NCBI GenBank assembly: GCA_000708835.1
Contig: DF237035.1
Location: 156,263 to 220,262 of the forward strand
DNA: 64,000 bases
DNA from: Klebsormidium nitens
Lineage: Eukaryota > Plantae > Klebsormidiophyceae
Direction of reading: 5' to 3'
The number at the start of each line of letters is the position of its first letter. Position 1 is the stretch's first letter. Positions 10,292-21,963 of the stretch are shown one piece after another. The notes beneath the pieces are model-generated. The model did not search any database. It had not been told where the DNA came from and saw nothing but the letters and a program-made list of their open reading frames with translations. The translations under genes were made by a program, and so were the position numbers.

Positions 10292-13200
10292 CTACTGCCG
10301 ACCCCCTTGGTCAAAACGGGGCGAAGGTTGCTGCGAGGGGTGCCCATGTCCCTGGTACCCCTCGTACAAATCCAACCTCGGATGGAAAGGCCCCGCTTCT
10401 CTTTGCTGCTCCTGAGCATTGTACATTTCACGGTTGCTGTCCCCGTAAGGCCTCCCAGGTTTCATCTCCGCCCCCTCCTCGTGCTGCATCATAGGACTGT
10501 TCGCAAACATGGGGTGGTCCAAGAACGGCATGGAGTGCATGCCCAAGGGTGGATGCATCGACGGCATGGGGGGTAAGTGCGCGCTGGGGGGGTGCATGGG
10601 TGGCAGGGAGAAGCCCGGCATGCCAGGGGGGGCGGGGGGGTGGGGCGCGCCGGGGGGAAGGTTTGCAGCAAACAGGCCAGTCCGCATGGACATGAACTGC
10701 AAGAAGCAAGCACTTTGGTCAGATTGGAAGTGATTGATGCCTCACATTCTGCCCGAAACCAGCAAGGTGCTGACAACAGTGTGCATCAGTGCACAAGCTG
10801 GGGAGCAGCTCAAGCTCAAGGAGCACGCACTGACCTGACTGCAATGCAAAGCAGAAGTAGCAGAACATGAAGCAGGAACACAGGAAGAGCCAGCGCACAG
10901 CTAACCAGCTGAACCTTGGAAGACTTTCTGATCGACGCTCACCTGCAACTGTGTCTGCAGATTCTTGAGGTACTCAATCGCCTCATCCAGCACACTGGCC
11001 TTGTCCGTCTTGTTCGAGTTGGGAATCAGCTCCTGCAGCGCGCGCATGCGGTCGTTGATACGATCCCGCCGCCGGCGCTCCGACTGGTTGTGCACCTCCG
11101 CTGCCCGGGACCGCTTACCCTTATCTTTGCCCCCCGCCTTGGCTGCCGCCCGCCCCTCCGTCTCGCCCGTGATCCACGTTCCCTCTGTCAGCGTGTCATT
11201 GTCCTCCTCCAACGCCTCTGTATCGCTCTTTGCGCACCGCTCGCGTTTCCGCCCAACGGTCAGCGGGTTCTGCTGGTACGCCCGCGAGGTGGCCAGCGAG
11301 TCCCCCTCCGAGTAACTGCTAGTCACCGTGGTTTCATTCACTGAGTCCCGCCCACCCGTGAGCGTCGACGCCTTGGCAGCATCCGGCAGGGCCCTCGAGC
11401 CCGACGAGCTGCGCTCCTTTCCTACCCTCCCCCCCCTGGGAGCAACAACCGGGCTGTGAGGAACTGGCCCCCGCTGCAGAAGCGAAGCCCAGGCGGGCGC
11501 CCTGACACTGGGCACATGTGTTGCTCCTGGCGCAGGGCCGTTCGTCCGCTCCTGTGACAAACTGCTGAGCACGACCGAACCCTCCTGCCCGGACGGCCCA
11601 GCATCCATTGACTGCCGCCCCAACCGCATTGCCTCTGCTGCCATAGCATGCTGCTGCATGAATGATTGGGGAGGGTAGCACGGCACCCCTTTCCCAGCCT
11701 CGTACAGCGCTCCCTCAGCGGGCTTGGGCTGAATCTGCTTGAAACCGGTGCGGGGCCTGTCGGGGGGCAGCTGAACGGGCGAAATTTGCCCCCGGCCCCA
11801 GCGCTGCATGTCATGCCGGTGCTGCTGGTCCCTCATCAGCTGCTGCCGCTGCAAGTGCGCCGACGCCTCTGCCTGCTTCTGCACCAGTTCCGCCTGGAGC
11901 TCCTTCTGCCGCTCCTCCAGGCTCTTGTCCCCCCCAAATCGGTGCGCCGGCGGCGCGTTTCTCTCTGGCTGGCCCACGCTGAGCTCCCCGCTGCCACTCC
12001 CCGCACGCTGCAGGGGGTTGCTGGAAACCCTTCCTTTACCATCAGTCACCATGCTTTTAGGGGAAGGGAGGCTTTGCTCACTCCCCTGGTTTGGCGCGAC
12101 CCCCTGGCTTTTCAACCCGCCCTGGTTCTGAGACCCCCCAGAGTTTTGCGGGTTCTGCGACCCTGCAGAACCCTGTTTCCCGTCCTTGCTGTGGGGCGCC
12201 CTCCGTCGCCCCAGGTTTCGGAGACCCTCCCTCCGGCTGCTCTGGCTTCAACTGCGCCGTTTTCTTCGACTCCTTAGCTTTCAACTTGGTCCCCGCCCCA
12301 ACTCTTGTAGCAGCTGCCGCTACCCGACTCCTGTCAAAGATGGATGGGTACACCTGCTGCCTTGGGAGGGGGGTGGGCAAAGCCATGCTGACACCCCCCC
12401 CCTGGGATGCGACCGGCGCCCCTTTCTCGCTGGCAGGCATGCTCCGAGTGGAGGCCGTGGGCCCTGTAGAGGCCGGGGCGGTGACCCAAGGAGTGCTCTG
12501 GGCCTGCGTACGCACCCGGGACAGGGCCTCTGGGAGGGAGCTTGGCAAAAGCCCTGAAACCCTAGCAGCGCCTTCGGCGAGCGCGGCTGCTGAGTTGGCA
12601 GCGCGGGCAGACGTTTGACCCCCGTTTTGCGCAGGCTGGGTGCCAAAGGGGTTGGCACGGACGAACCGGGTAGTGGTCAGACCAGAAGCAAAGCTGTCCT
12701 TGTAGGCCTGGACCGCAACAGGTTGGGCGGGCAGGTTACCAAAACCCTCCCCGCAGTAGTCTGTGTCCATGGACTCGTCAGCAGGATACTGCAGAGCAAG
12801 AAAGCGAATAGTTAGGAAGACTGCTTGCGAAGGAAGGTGCACAAGACAGCCTCAGGACCAGCGTAACCTGTTACCCCTAGAGCAACCAAGAGCAATATGA
12901 AGGTACCAAGCAACTCAATAACAAGGGCAGGAATGCAGGATCAACGACTGTGCTTCTGGCACAACAGGAATATCGTTGAAGCAGGAGGTAGACTTTGCAC
13001 AGCTCTAGTCCAATGTGCTTAAGCAGACTGTGCGCAAACCCTTCCCTTGGCCACAGCCTCCAAGCAACTGCAAGCTATGCAGCATGATGCAGAACAGCAG
13101 GGCAGAAAAGCAATCACCAGACCAGAAGGTTACCTGCAGCCACGACTCCATTTCGTCGTGCGCCTCCTTTGCTTGCTGCGCTGCAAGCGCACTGTTCCCA

Positions 13201-14139
13201 TGCTGCTCTTGCTGGTTCATCTCCTCCTCCAGGGCCCCCATTCTGAGCTCAGGTGCAATACCATCGCCATCCATGTGCTCAGTCCACAGCCCCTTTGTGC
13301 ATTCTATCATCCCGCCATGCTCCTGCCATCCGGCCAGGTCGCCAAAATCGGAGAGAGGACTGCAGACGCAAGTGTACACAAGGTGATTAGAGGGTGTTCT
13401 GCCGAGTTCAACCAGGCTCCTCTTCTGCTTTGTTCCCTAACAGATTCATTCCCTACCCTGGGAAAAACCAGCAATATGCCAATGCAGACACTCTCCTACT
13501 ACTTCAGAACAAGCTCGACGATGCGGTAAACCTGAGGAATGCAGGGCCAGAGAGGCGGAGGAGGTAGCTCCGCAAAATGGTCCAGATTGTCCTCTGCTCA
13601 ACCCCACAATGCAGGGGCATATGACATGAGGGCAACTAATACCCTTGCAGGATGTACTCGAAGGGCGGTGGCAACCTCTTGCCCAACCTCTTCCCTAAAC
13701 GGCCCGGTATTACTCCACAATACTACCCGCAGTACTTGCACTGCTGACCCAAGTCCACCACGCCTCAGGCGCCCCCCCTCCAGAATAGCGAGCAAAAATG
13801 TACCCCAGCAGAAGACAACAAATCTCCCTTTCTGACAGAGATGCTGCCCTGTCAAACTGTACTTGCACTGCTACCTTGCTGACCCCACCCGCACCTTGCC
13901 TGGTGACAAAGCCCAAGCCTAAGCTTACACCAACACTCGTGCATTCAGAAGAGGCATCTTGGAGGCAGCATGCATCTGCTAAAGGCAACTCACTCGAGCC
14001 CCGCGCTCGCCATCTCTTTGCTGCTTGCAAAGCCTTGCTTCGACATTGCCATGTCCGTTTGCTTGTACACTGTTGGCATGTCCATTGGTTTAAACACCGA
14101 GTCAAACTCTCCATGCCAGTCAGGCACACAATGGCCCAT
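10292..14139 (-). CDS. PIF: PIF-type (phytochrome-interacting factor, bHLH subfamily VIIa) transcription factor
   Basis: Starts MGHCVPDW (ATG at 14139). Exons 13994-14139, 13134-13359, 10943-12788 (contains a +1 frame break) and 10292-10696. Contains [10 protein letters not shown] and the b[60 protein letters not shown], followed by FMSMR and an M/P-rich tail. Confidence 0.88.
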
Positions 14140-15347
14140 GTCCTGCAAGGCAGAAAGCCAGCTCTTCTTCAACCTGTGTGGGATGCTTCTGTCGCTGTCT
14201 GCGACCAAGGCATCGTCCAACATGTGGCAGTGTCACTCCAACGAGCTCCACCCTCTCGTGCATGCGATACGTCTTGAGTTTCCAAGGCTGTTGGCAGCTT
14301 TTACTTTTCCACTCTGTGATCCACCAAGGAAATGCAAACCCGTCGAGTTAAAATAGCTGAATCTTGTGCAAGAACTTCCAGCGGAGGGCCCAATGATAAC
14401 GATACAGCTAAAAATTCTGCTCGACGATCATTGCAAACCCGATGCTCAGCTAATCCAGTGTCATTTGCCTGAGACTAGCGCCTGAGCAAAGGCAATCTTA
14501 AAACCAATACGATCCCGGATACTGGTTAGAAGCAGGCCAAATCATACAGAGTGCTGCCAGAGACGCTGGGGCTTGAGCTGGAACAAGGGGAAACCATGTG
14601 CAGGCTTCAGAACACCAGATGCAGCAATAAGGGATTCCCGTCAGCAGGTTTCCACAGTCTCACCTTGAGCAACAATCTCTGAATCTTGCTTGCTTCTGCC
14701 TCAGCAGAACTGCATGCTCCTGAGACCTTCTGCCTTCAGACCTCTCCTGCCTCAAATCGCCCCTGACGACAATCACAGTCAGCCCTGGTTTCTGTATTGC
14801 GCATTAAGCGGGCCAAACCTACTCAAAGTGCTCTTTCAAGCGGTTGTTTGCAACTCAACCCAACCGCAGATATACCATCTGAGTTAAGGCTTGATGATGC
14901 AGCAGAACCTGGTGCAAACCCTGACAACGCAAACAAGGGGATCTGATGTTGTGCCTCCCTGTGCGGCTTGCCTCCGCAACGCTCTGCCTCTACCAGAGCA
15001 TCCCTTCGACGAAAGTCACCAAACAGGGGGCATCCAAAAGCGGCGCAAAGGAGCTGGTTCCGACCAACTTCACCAGCACTGCAAACCCCAACGACGCCAG
15101 ACCCTCAGCTCAAAACCTGACAGCCTGGACGCTTGTGGCAGACATTGCTCAGCCACTAGCTTGCCTCGACCTCTCTTCCGGCATCATTCCCGCAGCCATG
15201 TCCAGACTCCAGACCTGAAATCTGCTGACTGAAACGCGCTCTGACAGGATGTCGTTTGCACTCTGCTTGTGCTTGAGCGCGAGCGGATTATGGGGCCTGC
15301 CAGAAGGCGTTTCCCGCTAGTACCGGACCTGAGCGATGTGACCTGTA

Positions 15348-15609
15348 CTACCGTACCAACACGCCGGTTGGGCAGATCTTTGCCCAACAATTGATTACGT
15401 ATGTTTTGAAGGGTGGGCTAACTCATTTTGGACTTTTGAGAATTTAATAGATTTGGAATATTTGCAGGAAACCCTTTTTTCACCAACCAAAACAGGTGAA
15501 AGATAAAACATTAAAATTTCCATATATTGTAGATCTGGGCACAGTGAATAAAACAATATTTCAAAGTATAGAAATATTTTACCCATGACCGGCGTGTTGG
15601 TACGGGTAG
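15348..15609. mobile_element. MITE, Tc1/mariner (Stowaway-like)
   Basis: gtactaccgtaccaacacgccggt (15345-15368) is inverted-repeated at 15588-15612 with a single 1-nt insertion. TA flanks both ends (15346-47 and 15610-11). The interior is AT-rich and non-coding. Confidence 0.62.
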
Positions 15610-15962
15610 TACCCATGTACGAGGGTCGCCCAAAACCGGGGATAGATTTCCATTGCCTACCGGGCTACTCTTGGCACCAAACCTGGCTACCTTAACCATA
15701 TTCAAGTCTGTTTCGAATCACGGAATTTGAGTCGTTGGATAATCTCATGAATCATGATCGAACAGCTTCGGACTCGTACAGAGTCCAGACTCCGGCGTTT
15801 CCGACAGAGTTGGATTGTTAAACTTTGACACAGGATCAGTACGGTAAACCAGGAGAGCTGGTGGCCCGGTAGCTTTTTCCGGACCAGTTCCGCATGTTCC
15901 GGGGTGATGGGGTGCTGATCGCACGATGTACGGATCTAGTACCTAGGTAGGGCCATGGAACA

Positions 15963-15983
15963 AGTAGGTACCAGGTACCTACT
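15963..15983. repeat. Perfect 10-bp inverted repeat with 1-nt spacer
   Basis: The sequence reads agtaggtacc-a-ggtacctact. Confidence 0.9.
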
Positions 15984-17766
15984 AACGACTGGTACAATTG
16001 GCACCGGGAAGGTACAGAGAAAGTACAAGAAAGTACGGAGACTCCGAATAGCCAACCGTCCCGGGATTCCACCGGGAGCGTTCCATGTTTCGAGTTTCCC
16101 CGTCTCTGGAATCCAGTCGGGGCCCCTCCCCAACCAAAGCCATTATTCTCCGGGCAGATCTGGACTGCGGACTCAGGCCCAGATTGCTGACCAAACACGC
16201 CCGGCAGTTCATCTTGGCGAAGCTATACAACTGCATGGTGATTGCCGACGCACGCGCGAACAACCGACCTGGTCAGATGAATTATCAGCGAATGTCAGAA
16301 ACAGAAGCTTGGAAGAAGGAAGACTTCCGACTTCTTCGCCGCCCGTGCCCCGATTCCCGAGCTCTTGGAGGTTGTTGTCGTGTTTCAACTTTGACCTTGA
16401 GCTACAGCTATAGCAGGCTTGCGCTTGAAAGTGGAGACACTTGTTGTTTGCCGTCGGATGAGGGGGAGGTCCTTATATCGAATCCATCTGACGGACGTAT
16501 TTGCGCAATACAAGTTCCCAGATCAGCCGGGGGCCGGGGCCCGAAGGTGGACTCTGCCGGGAGGATTCGGGAGAGCGGCAATGGCCGGGCGGCGGGAGGC
16601 TGCCGTGACCCGTCCGTCCGCGCGTTGACGAATCGATCACGACTTCACCAACAACTTACAAGTACCATAGGTACCTACCTGTCCGACCACGTGGTCTCGG
16701 AGGACCACTTCATTGGTCAAACCAAGCGCCATGCGCCAAAAGACTCAAGGGTACATACCTACTACACACTAGGTACAGGGTGCCCGGTACAAACCATAGG
16801 TATAAGGCGTTGACATCAGCCGTACGGACGACCGGCGATCCGGTTAAATCGGCGAACTAACCTTCAGACAAGGAATAACCATAAAGTTTAATATCTATAA
16901 GGTACCGTAGAGGATTCTTGTACATGTGAGGCCCCGGACAACATTAGAAACCTAGGGTAATGTGACCGACAGACCCAAATGTCACTGGGAAGTGCCCGGT
17001 TGTCACCCGTCTGCTTGCGAGACCCTGCTGTCAGAGGGAGGACTCAGGAGCTGCTTGTTACCCGGTTGCTTGCGAGACAGGGCAGGCCCGGTTTCTTCTC
17101 GGGTACGCACTGCGCAGCGCGGGGTACGACCGCCCAACCACCAAGTATACAGTCCTCTTACACAAAACAGTAGCTTATAGGTAGGTCACAATGACTAATA
17201 GGGGACTATTATATATATAGGTATCAATTTTCAAACTTAATTTACCGGTATATCACAAGAACGTAATCGGTAAAAGCGAAACCGTCAGAATCCGGATGTT
17301 CAGCAATTTGCGTGGCAGCTGATGAACCTGGCGGCTCAAGTAAATCCAAGCTTTAACCAGCTCAAATTATCGGCCACGATCTGACAATCTTCACAATGAA
17401 GTTCCCAGCCAAGAACATGCGACCAGATTCCACCTTCCAAGAGCTTCCGAGCCACAAACCAGACCCAATCCTCGATACGTGTGGCTGAGCTTACCCCGAT
17501 TATGCGCTAGATTCCGATCCACCTTTGGAAATCCCTCGGCAAATTCGCGAAATCTATTTTCGTGATCTGTAGTGTGCTATGACTACAGTTGCGCATACCT
17601 ACGCTGATGAAGTTTGACATAACCTATGCCTTGTGTCTAATTGACGCGCCCGCGCGCCTCTCTTGCGGCCCAGGCCCGCACTGCAGTCTGCAGCTCCAGC
17701 CTCAGGAGTCAGAGTGGCAGATCCGGCCCCTATCCGGCCCCGAGCCCAGGCAGCTTGGCAAAACGG

Positions 17767-18120
17767 ACAAAGAAGCCAAACATTTTTGGGAATAGAATGC
17801 TCGTCGACGCCATGTATTTTAACCGGGCACTGCTCATAGAGCACAACCGAGTGACTTTGGTGGGGTTGGTGGGCGGGTTAGGGTGGGCTAGGGTGGGCGT
17901 GGCGGAACGACTTAGGGTGTTAGTTAGGGTTATGTCACTGTATTTAGGTTTTTAGTGTTGGTCGGAGGCTCCCCGGTAGCACTCTGGCCCGGTACAGAGA
18001 CCGTGCAGTGGTGGGTACCTTAGCTTGCAACGGTACTTGAAGTCCAGTCTGCGCGGTACCCACCTTTGTTGGACGAGCGCCGACTTGCGTACAATTCCGA
18101 AAAAAGTTTGGCTTCTTTGT
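17767..18120. mobile_element. MITE-like element with 27-bp terminal inverted repeats
   Basis: acaaagaagccaaacatttttgggaat (17767-17793) matches the reverse complement of 18094-18120 at 25/27 positions. No clear target-site duplication. Confidence 0.5.
17862..17930 (+). other. G-quadruplex-prone, telomere-like tract
   Basis: ggggttggtgggcgggttagggtgggctagggtggg has seven G3+ runs. TTAGGG occurs three times within 17878-17930. Confidence 0.6.
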
Positions 18121-18381
18121 ACCCCTTGCCCCAGCTAGGTAGGTCAGCCGTGCTCCTGTTTGTAGAGCTGAAGCTGCTGAACAGCCTACATATTACACCT
18201 ACCTAGCTAGGCTTTGGGGGCCGCCAGAGTCAAGTTTGCAGAAAGACAGGTCCACTGGCTCAATTAAGAGCAGTTTCGTATGCGCGTGAGGCCAAGGCGG
18301 GCCAGAATTGAGGGGTGTGTTCCCTAGCAAGCCTAGCAGTCATTGAATCGCCGGCTGTAGATTCCGTGGCTTCTTCTGGTG

Positions 18382-21300
18382 ATGGCTGGCTCAAGCCAGC
18401 AGAAAGTAAGTGACACCCTTCTGTGGACTCTGTTATGTGCAATTGCATCCCAAGTCTTCTCACTTTCAAAGGATAGATCATCACGGGTTTTCAAACTTCA
18501 ACGATCTGCTGTTATGCCCTAGCATGGTTCTCCGCAGGTTTGAAGCACCTTGTTTTCCAGATTCGATATGCGCTTTGGTCGGCGATGCCCAATCGGACTC
18601 TGTCAGATTGGCCAATGCAGGAGAGTTGGTCCTGTGTTTCTTGTCAAGCAGGCAAGCCATTGGTTTTGCGCGATGTTCAAACATCCAACCCTTGAGATTT
18701 ACGATCATTGGGAAGATCCTGTCTAAGAACTTGCCTTTTCTTCAAGCATCTGATCGCGCTTCCAATCTTGAGCGTACTTGCGCATTGAATGCCACCACCC
18801 TGTATATCAATTTCGTACTTGAAGGAGTAGAGTGTCAATGTTGCTTTGCACCATGCTAAAGACAGCCCCTTCTAACCAAATAAGAGTCCAAAAACGAGTG
18901 TCAAACCTCTTTCTCCTTTGAGTCAACAACAAATTGGTCTAAGGCAGCATATAGCCCTCGGAATTGTCCTCAACTTCCGTAAAAACATCAATTGATGCTG
19001 GTCAAGTGGTTGCAACCAGATGACTTGAAGCTGTCACACAGTGCTTACAAGTTCATTGACAGTATTTCAAGTGATCCTGGGTTGTAGCTCTGTATACCCA
19101 ATCTGTGTCTAGATACGGCCGCTTGATGGGCATCCCGACGCTTGGTCCGCCCATGTTTTGCAGGAGTCCTTCTTGCCCTTGTTTCAAGTCTCGCCAGGCT
19201 TGAAAAATTCTACAATTATTGGTTGTGCATATCCTGGCAGAACTTATTGGTAACTTTGTCAGCGAAAGAGAATAGAGTCGACATCTCAGCTCCATGAGGG
19301 TTACCCTGTGTCAGGCCCCAACTTAATTTGGTGCTAGCCGCTGCAAAGAGTGTTGACTGCAAAGCTCGGTGGCAAATAACGACCTTAGTAAGTTGCGTTG
19401 ACCTCGGTCTCTCCCCCGGACAGGCCCTGAGCAGGATCGCCGCCAACCGGCTGCAAAGAGGGTCGACGGCAAAGCTCGGTTATCTACCCCCATGGCATCA
19501 AGAACCATACGACTCGGTTATATCAAACACGAACGTCTTTTCGCACAGGCCCTGAGCAGGATCGCCGCCAACCGGCTGCAAAAAGAGTTGACGGAGTGGC
19601 AGCTGCACCCTCCAACAGGATTCAATCGAAAACCGACCGATGACCTCCAACGGTGAGGCTCTCTTCTCCCCGAGTGGATTGTTTGCAGCATGCTGACCAT
19701 AATTTGGTTGTTTACAGAGGCGCGCAAAGTGGACCGGCAAAAACATGCAGAAGAACGCGTACCATGGCCCAACGGATTGTCCTGTGGGTTTGAGGGTGGA
19801 TTTCAAAGATGCGGACAGTGAGAATTGAACCAACTCGATCGTCGATCCGAGAGTGGACGAATGTTTTTGTAAGACGGTAAAACTGGCAGTTGCAGTCTTT
19901 TGCGACCTTTCTCCAACAAAGTTCCGGAGAGACTCTATTTGAGTCGATGTGAGCATCTTGTGTATTTCGAGACAGGCTCTTCGAAACCCCTCAAGGGTAA
20001 AGTAGGCCGTATCTTGCTGTTAAAACGACGCGGCAGGAGTCCAAAAATTGTATCTTGGCACCACCGTACCTATCCTGAAAACAGGTTGGCGTTTGAATCG
20101 AAACCACCTCCGCGGCGGTATAAGCTGATCAGAAGTACGAGCTCGAATAAGATGCCTCTAATAGCACAGCATAGGCGCCCATGTTTCAAACACGCCAGTT
20201 CCCCGGCATCTGACCTCGCGCAACGTGTTCCTGTCAGATGGATCATAGCGCTCGACGGGGTGCCGGACACGATTTATGCCGGAGAGCATTTCGAGCTGCA
20301 GGTCGAGTTTCCGGAGCATTATCCAATGGAAGCTCCTCAGGTGAGCCGTCCACTGCAAACCGCTACAATCAGGTCCACGCTGCTTTGTCCGAAACTGGAT
20401 TTGTGCATATGCGTTCTGCCTTAGTATGGACTGGGTTTAGGACGGTTGAGGCGTCCGATCAGAGTTAGCATCTTTGACCGGAAAGAGTCATCTTTGGCAT
20501 CTTGTCATTGATACACTTTCTCGTTACGTGCCCCGTCAAGCGCTGCTTGAGTACCTAACAAACACAAGAAGAGTTTTTGGAGCACGGAAGCCGTTACTTT
20601 GCTTCGTGTTGCTACCACAGCGGGCCGGTTCCTTTGAAAAGCAGCAAAGCGGTCGCCAAAGTCGACGTTTTATCTGCGGAGAGGTCGACTTTGCTGTCAG
20701 GCGCTATTGACCATCTTCGTACCTTCTTCCCCAGGTTATCTTCACCAAGCCGCCCCTTCATCCGCACATCTATAGCAACGGGCACATCTGCCTAGGTGAG
20801 CCGCTCCTCTTTGCCGCAAGTTTGGAAAGGCCCATCTGCTTTCGAGTTTCTTTCTTCTCATTTGGCATCAGGTCGGACTGTTCGTTCCTGTCCGCTATGT
20901 CACGCTTAACACAACTGACAAGTAGATGGACTGCACTTCGGCTAACTTCACATTTCCTCAGTTGGCTTCGATCCGGTCTTTCGTCTCTTATCGCTCACTG
21001 CACCAATTATCGTCTGACGGTGCGGACATCCAATCGGTAACGTTCGAATACCTGAATGCCCCATACTCCAATTGACTCTCATCCATGGTATAGCCCGATC
21101 TTGAGGTGCGGACGCCGCATCTCCGTGAAAGTGGCGGAGCATGTTGGATTTCCGTCCGATAGTATCTTGTGGGCCGCTTGTGTTGCTTCTCAATGCTTAC
21201 TGGGCTGCGTACTCACCATTGAAAACGCAAGCTTTTTGAGCTCTCTGCTCAGACGCATCGAGACATGCAACCGCAAAGTTGGTCCTGCAACGTAGGAGTG

Positions 21301-21963
21301 CCTTCGTCGACATACCATTTCGAACCGCCTTGCGCATAGCGCATACCATCCTTGGATTGAGCCATCCGGATGTCTGCGAACCTCACCAGACCGATAGCGT
21401 TTCATAGATTCAAGTACAAGCCACTACAGTAATTGTGGTAATACTCTCTTGCAGACATCTTATACGAAGCCTGGTCGCCGGCCTTGACGGTCAGCTCCAT
21501 TTGTATAAGCCTCCTGTCCATGCTCTCTAGTAACACAGTAAAGGTGAGCCCCCGTTCCTTATTTATTTCTCTCTCCGGTCACAGCTGCGTTTTACTTTGT
21601 TTTGATGGTCTCATCGGGCTCGCAGGGCTGAACGATAGAAATGTGGCCGTCCGCGTTTTCGCGGGCTTTCTGTGACGCAGATTCATGTTTAATACGAGCC
21701 TTAAAAGGCCATCATGTTTTCAGCTTGAACTTCCTTGCGGAACAAAGATAGCTCACAGCTTGTGAGCTGACAATTCAGAGGGCGTCAAGCCGACTCTTTT
21801 CTGGTTGCAATCTGTTGGATTGGTTAGACAGCTGTTTCTTCAAATTTGGTGTTCTGGGCCTTTCCAGGAACGACCTCCGGACAACGACCGCTATGTCCGG
21901 AACTGCAAAAACGGACGGAACCCGAAGGACACCAAGTGGTGGTTCCATGACGACAAAGTTTGA
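18382..21963 (+). CDS. UBE2W: Ubiquitin-conjugating enzyme E2, UBE2W / plant UBC15-18 type
   Basis: Exons 18382-18405, 19549-19652, 20238-20340, 20735-20795, 21455-21543 and 21868-21963 splice in phase. The product reads MAGSSQQKALSRIAANRLQKEL...[39 protein letters not shown]...TKWWFHDDKV, with the catalytic Cys intact. Confidence 0.94.
19306..19585 (+). repeat. Tandem duplication of the UBE2W exon-2 acceptor junction
   Basis: acaggccctgagcaggatcgccgccaaccggctgcaaa is identical at 19420-19457 and 19545-19582 (period 125). A more decayed copy lies near 19306-19370. Confidence 0.9.

Noticed and set aside
11666-12618. Plus-strand ORFs over the PIF gene
   Set aside because: These are antisense shadows of the real exon.
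16085-16813. 242-aa ORF as a transposase or new gene
   Set aside because: It starts at a non-ATG codon, has no recognisable domain, and shows no splice or codon-bias support. It lies in repeat-like DNA.
16903-17273. Third MITE (taccgtag...acaagaa..cggta)
   Set aside because: The terminal match is only two short blocks, too weak to call.
18410-19300. ORFs upstream of UBE2W exon 2
   Set aside because: They fall inside intron 1 (18406-19548), are stop-riddled and show no domain.
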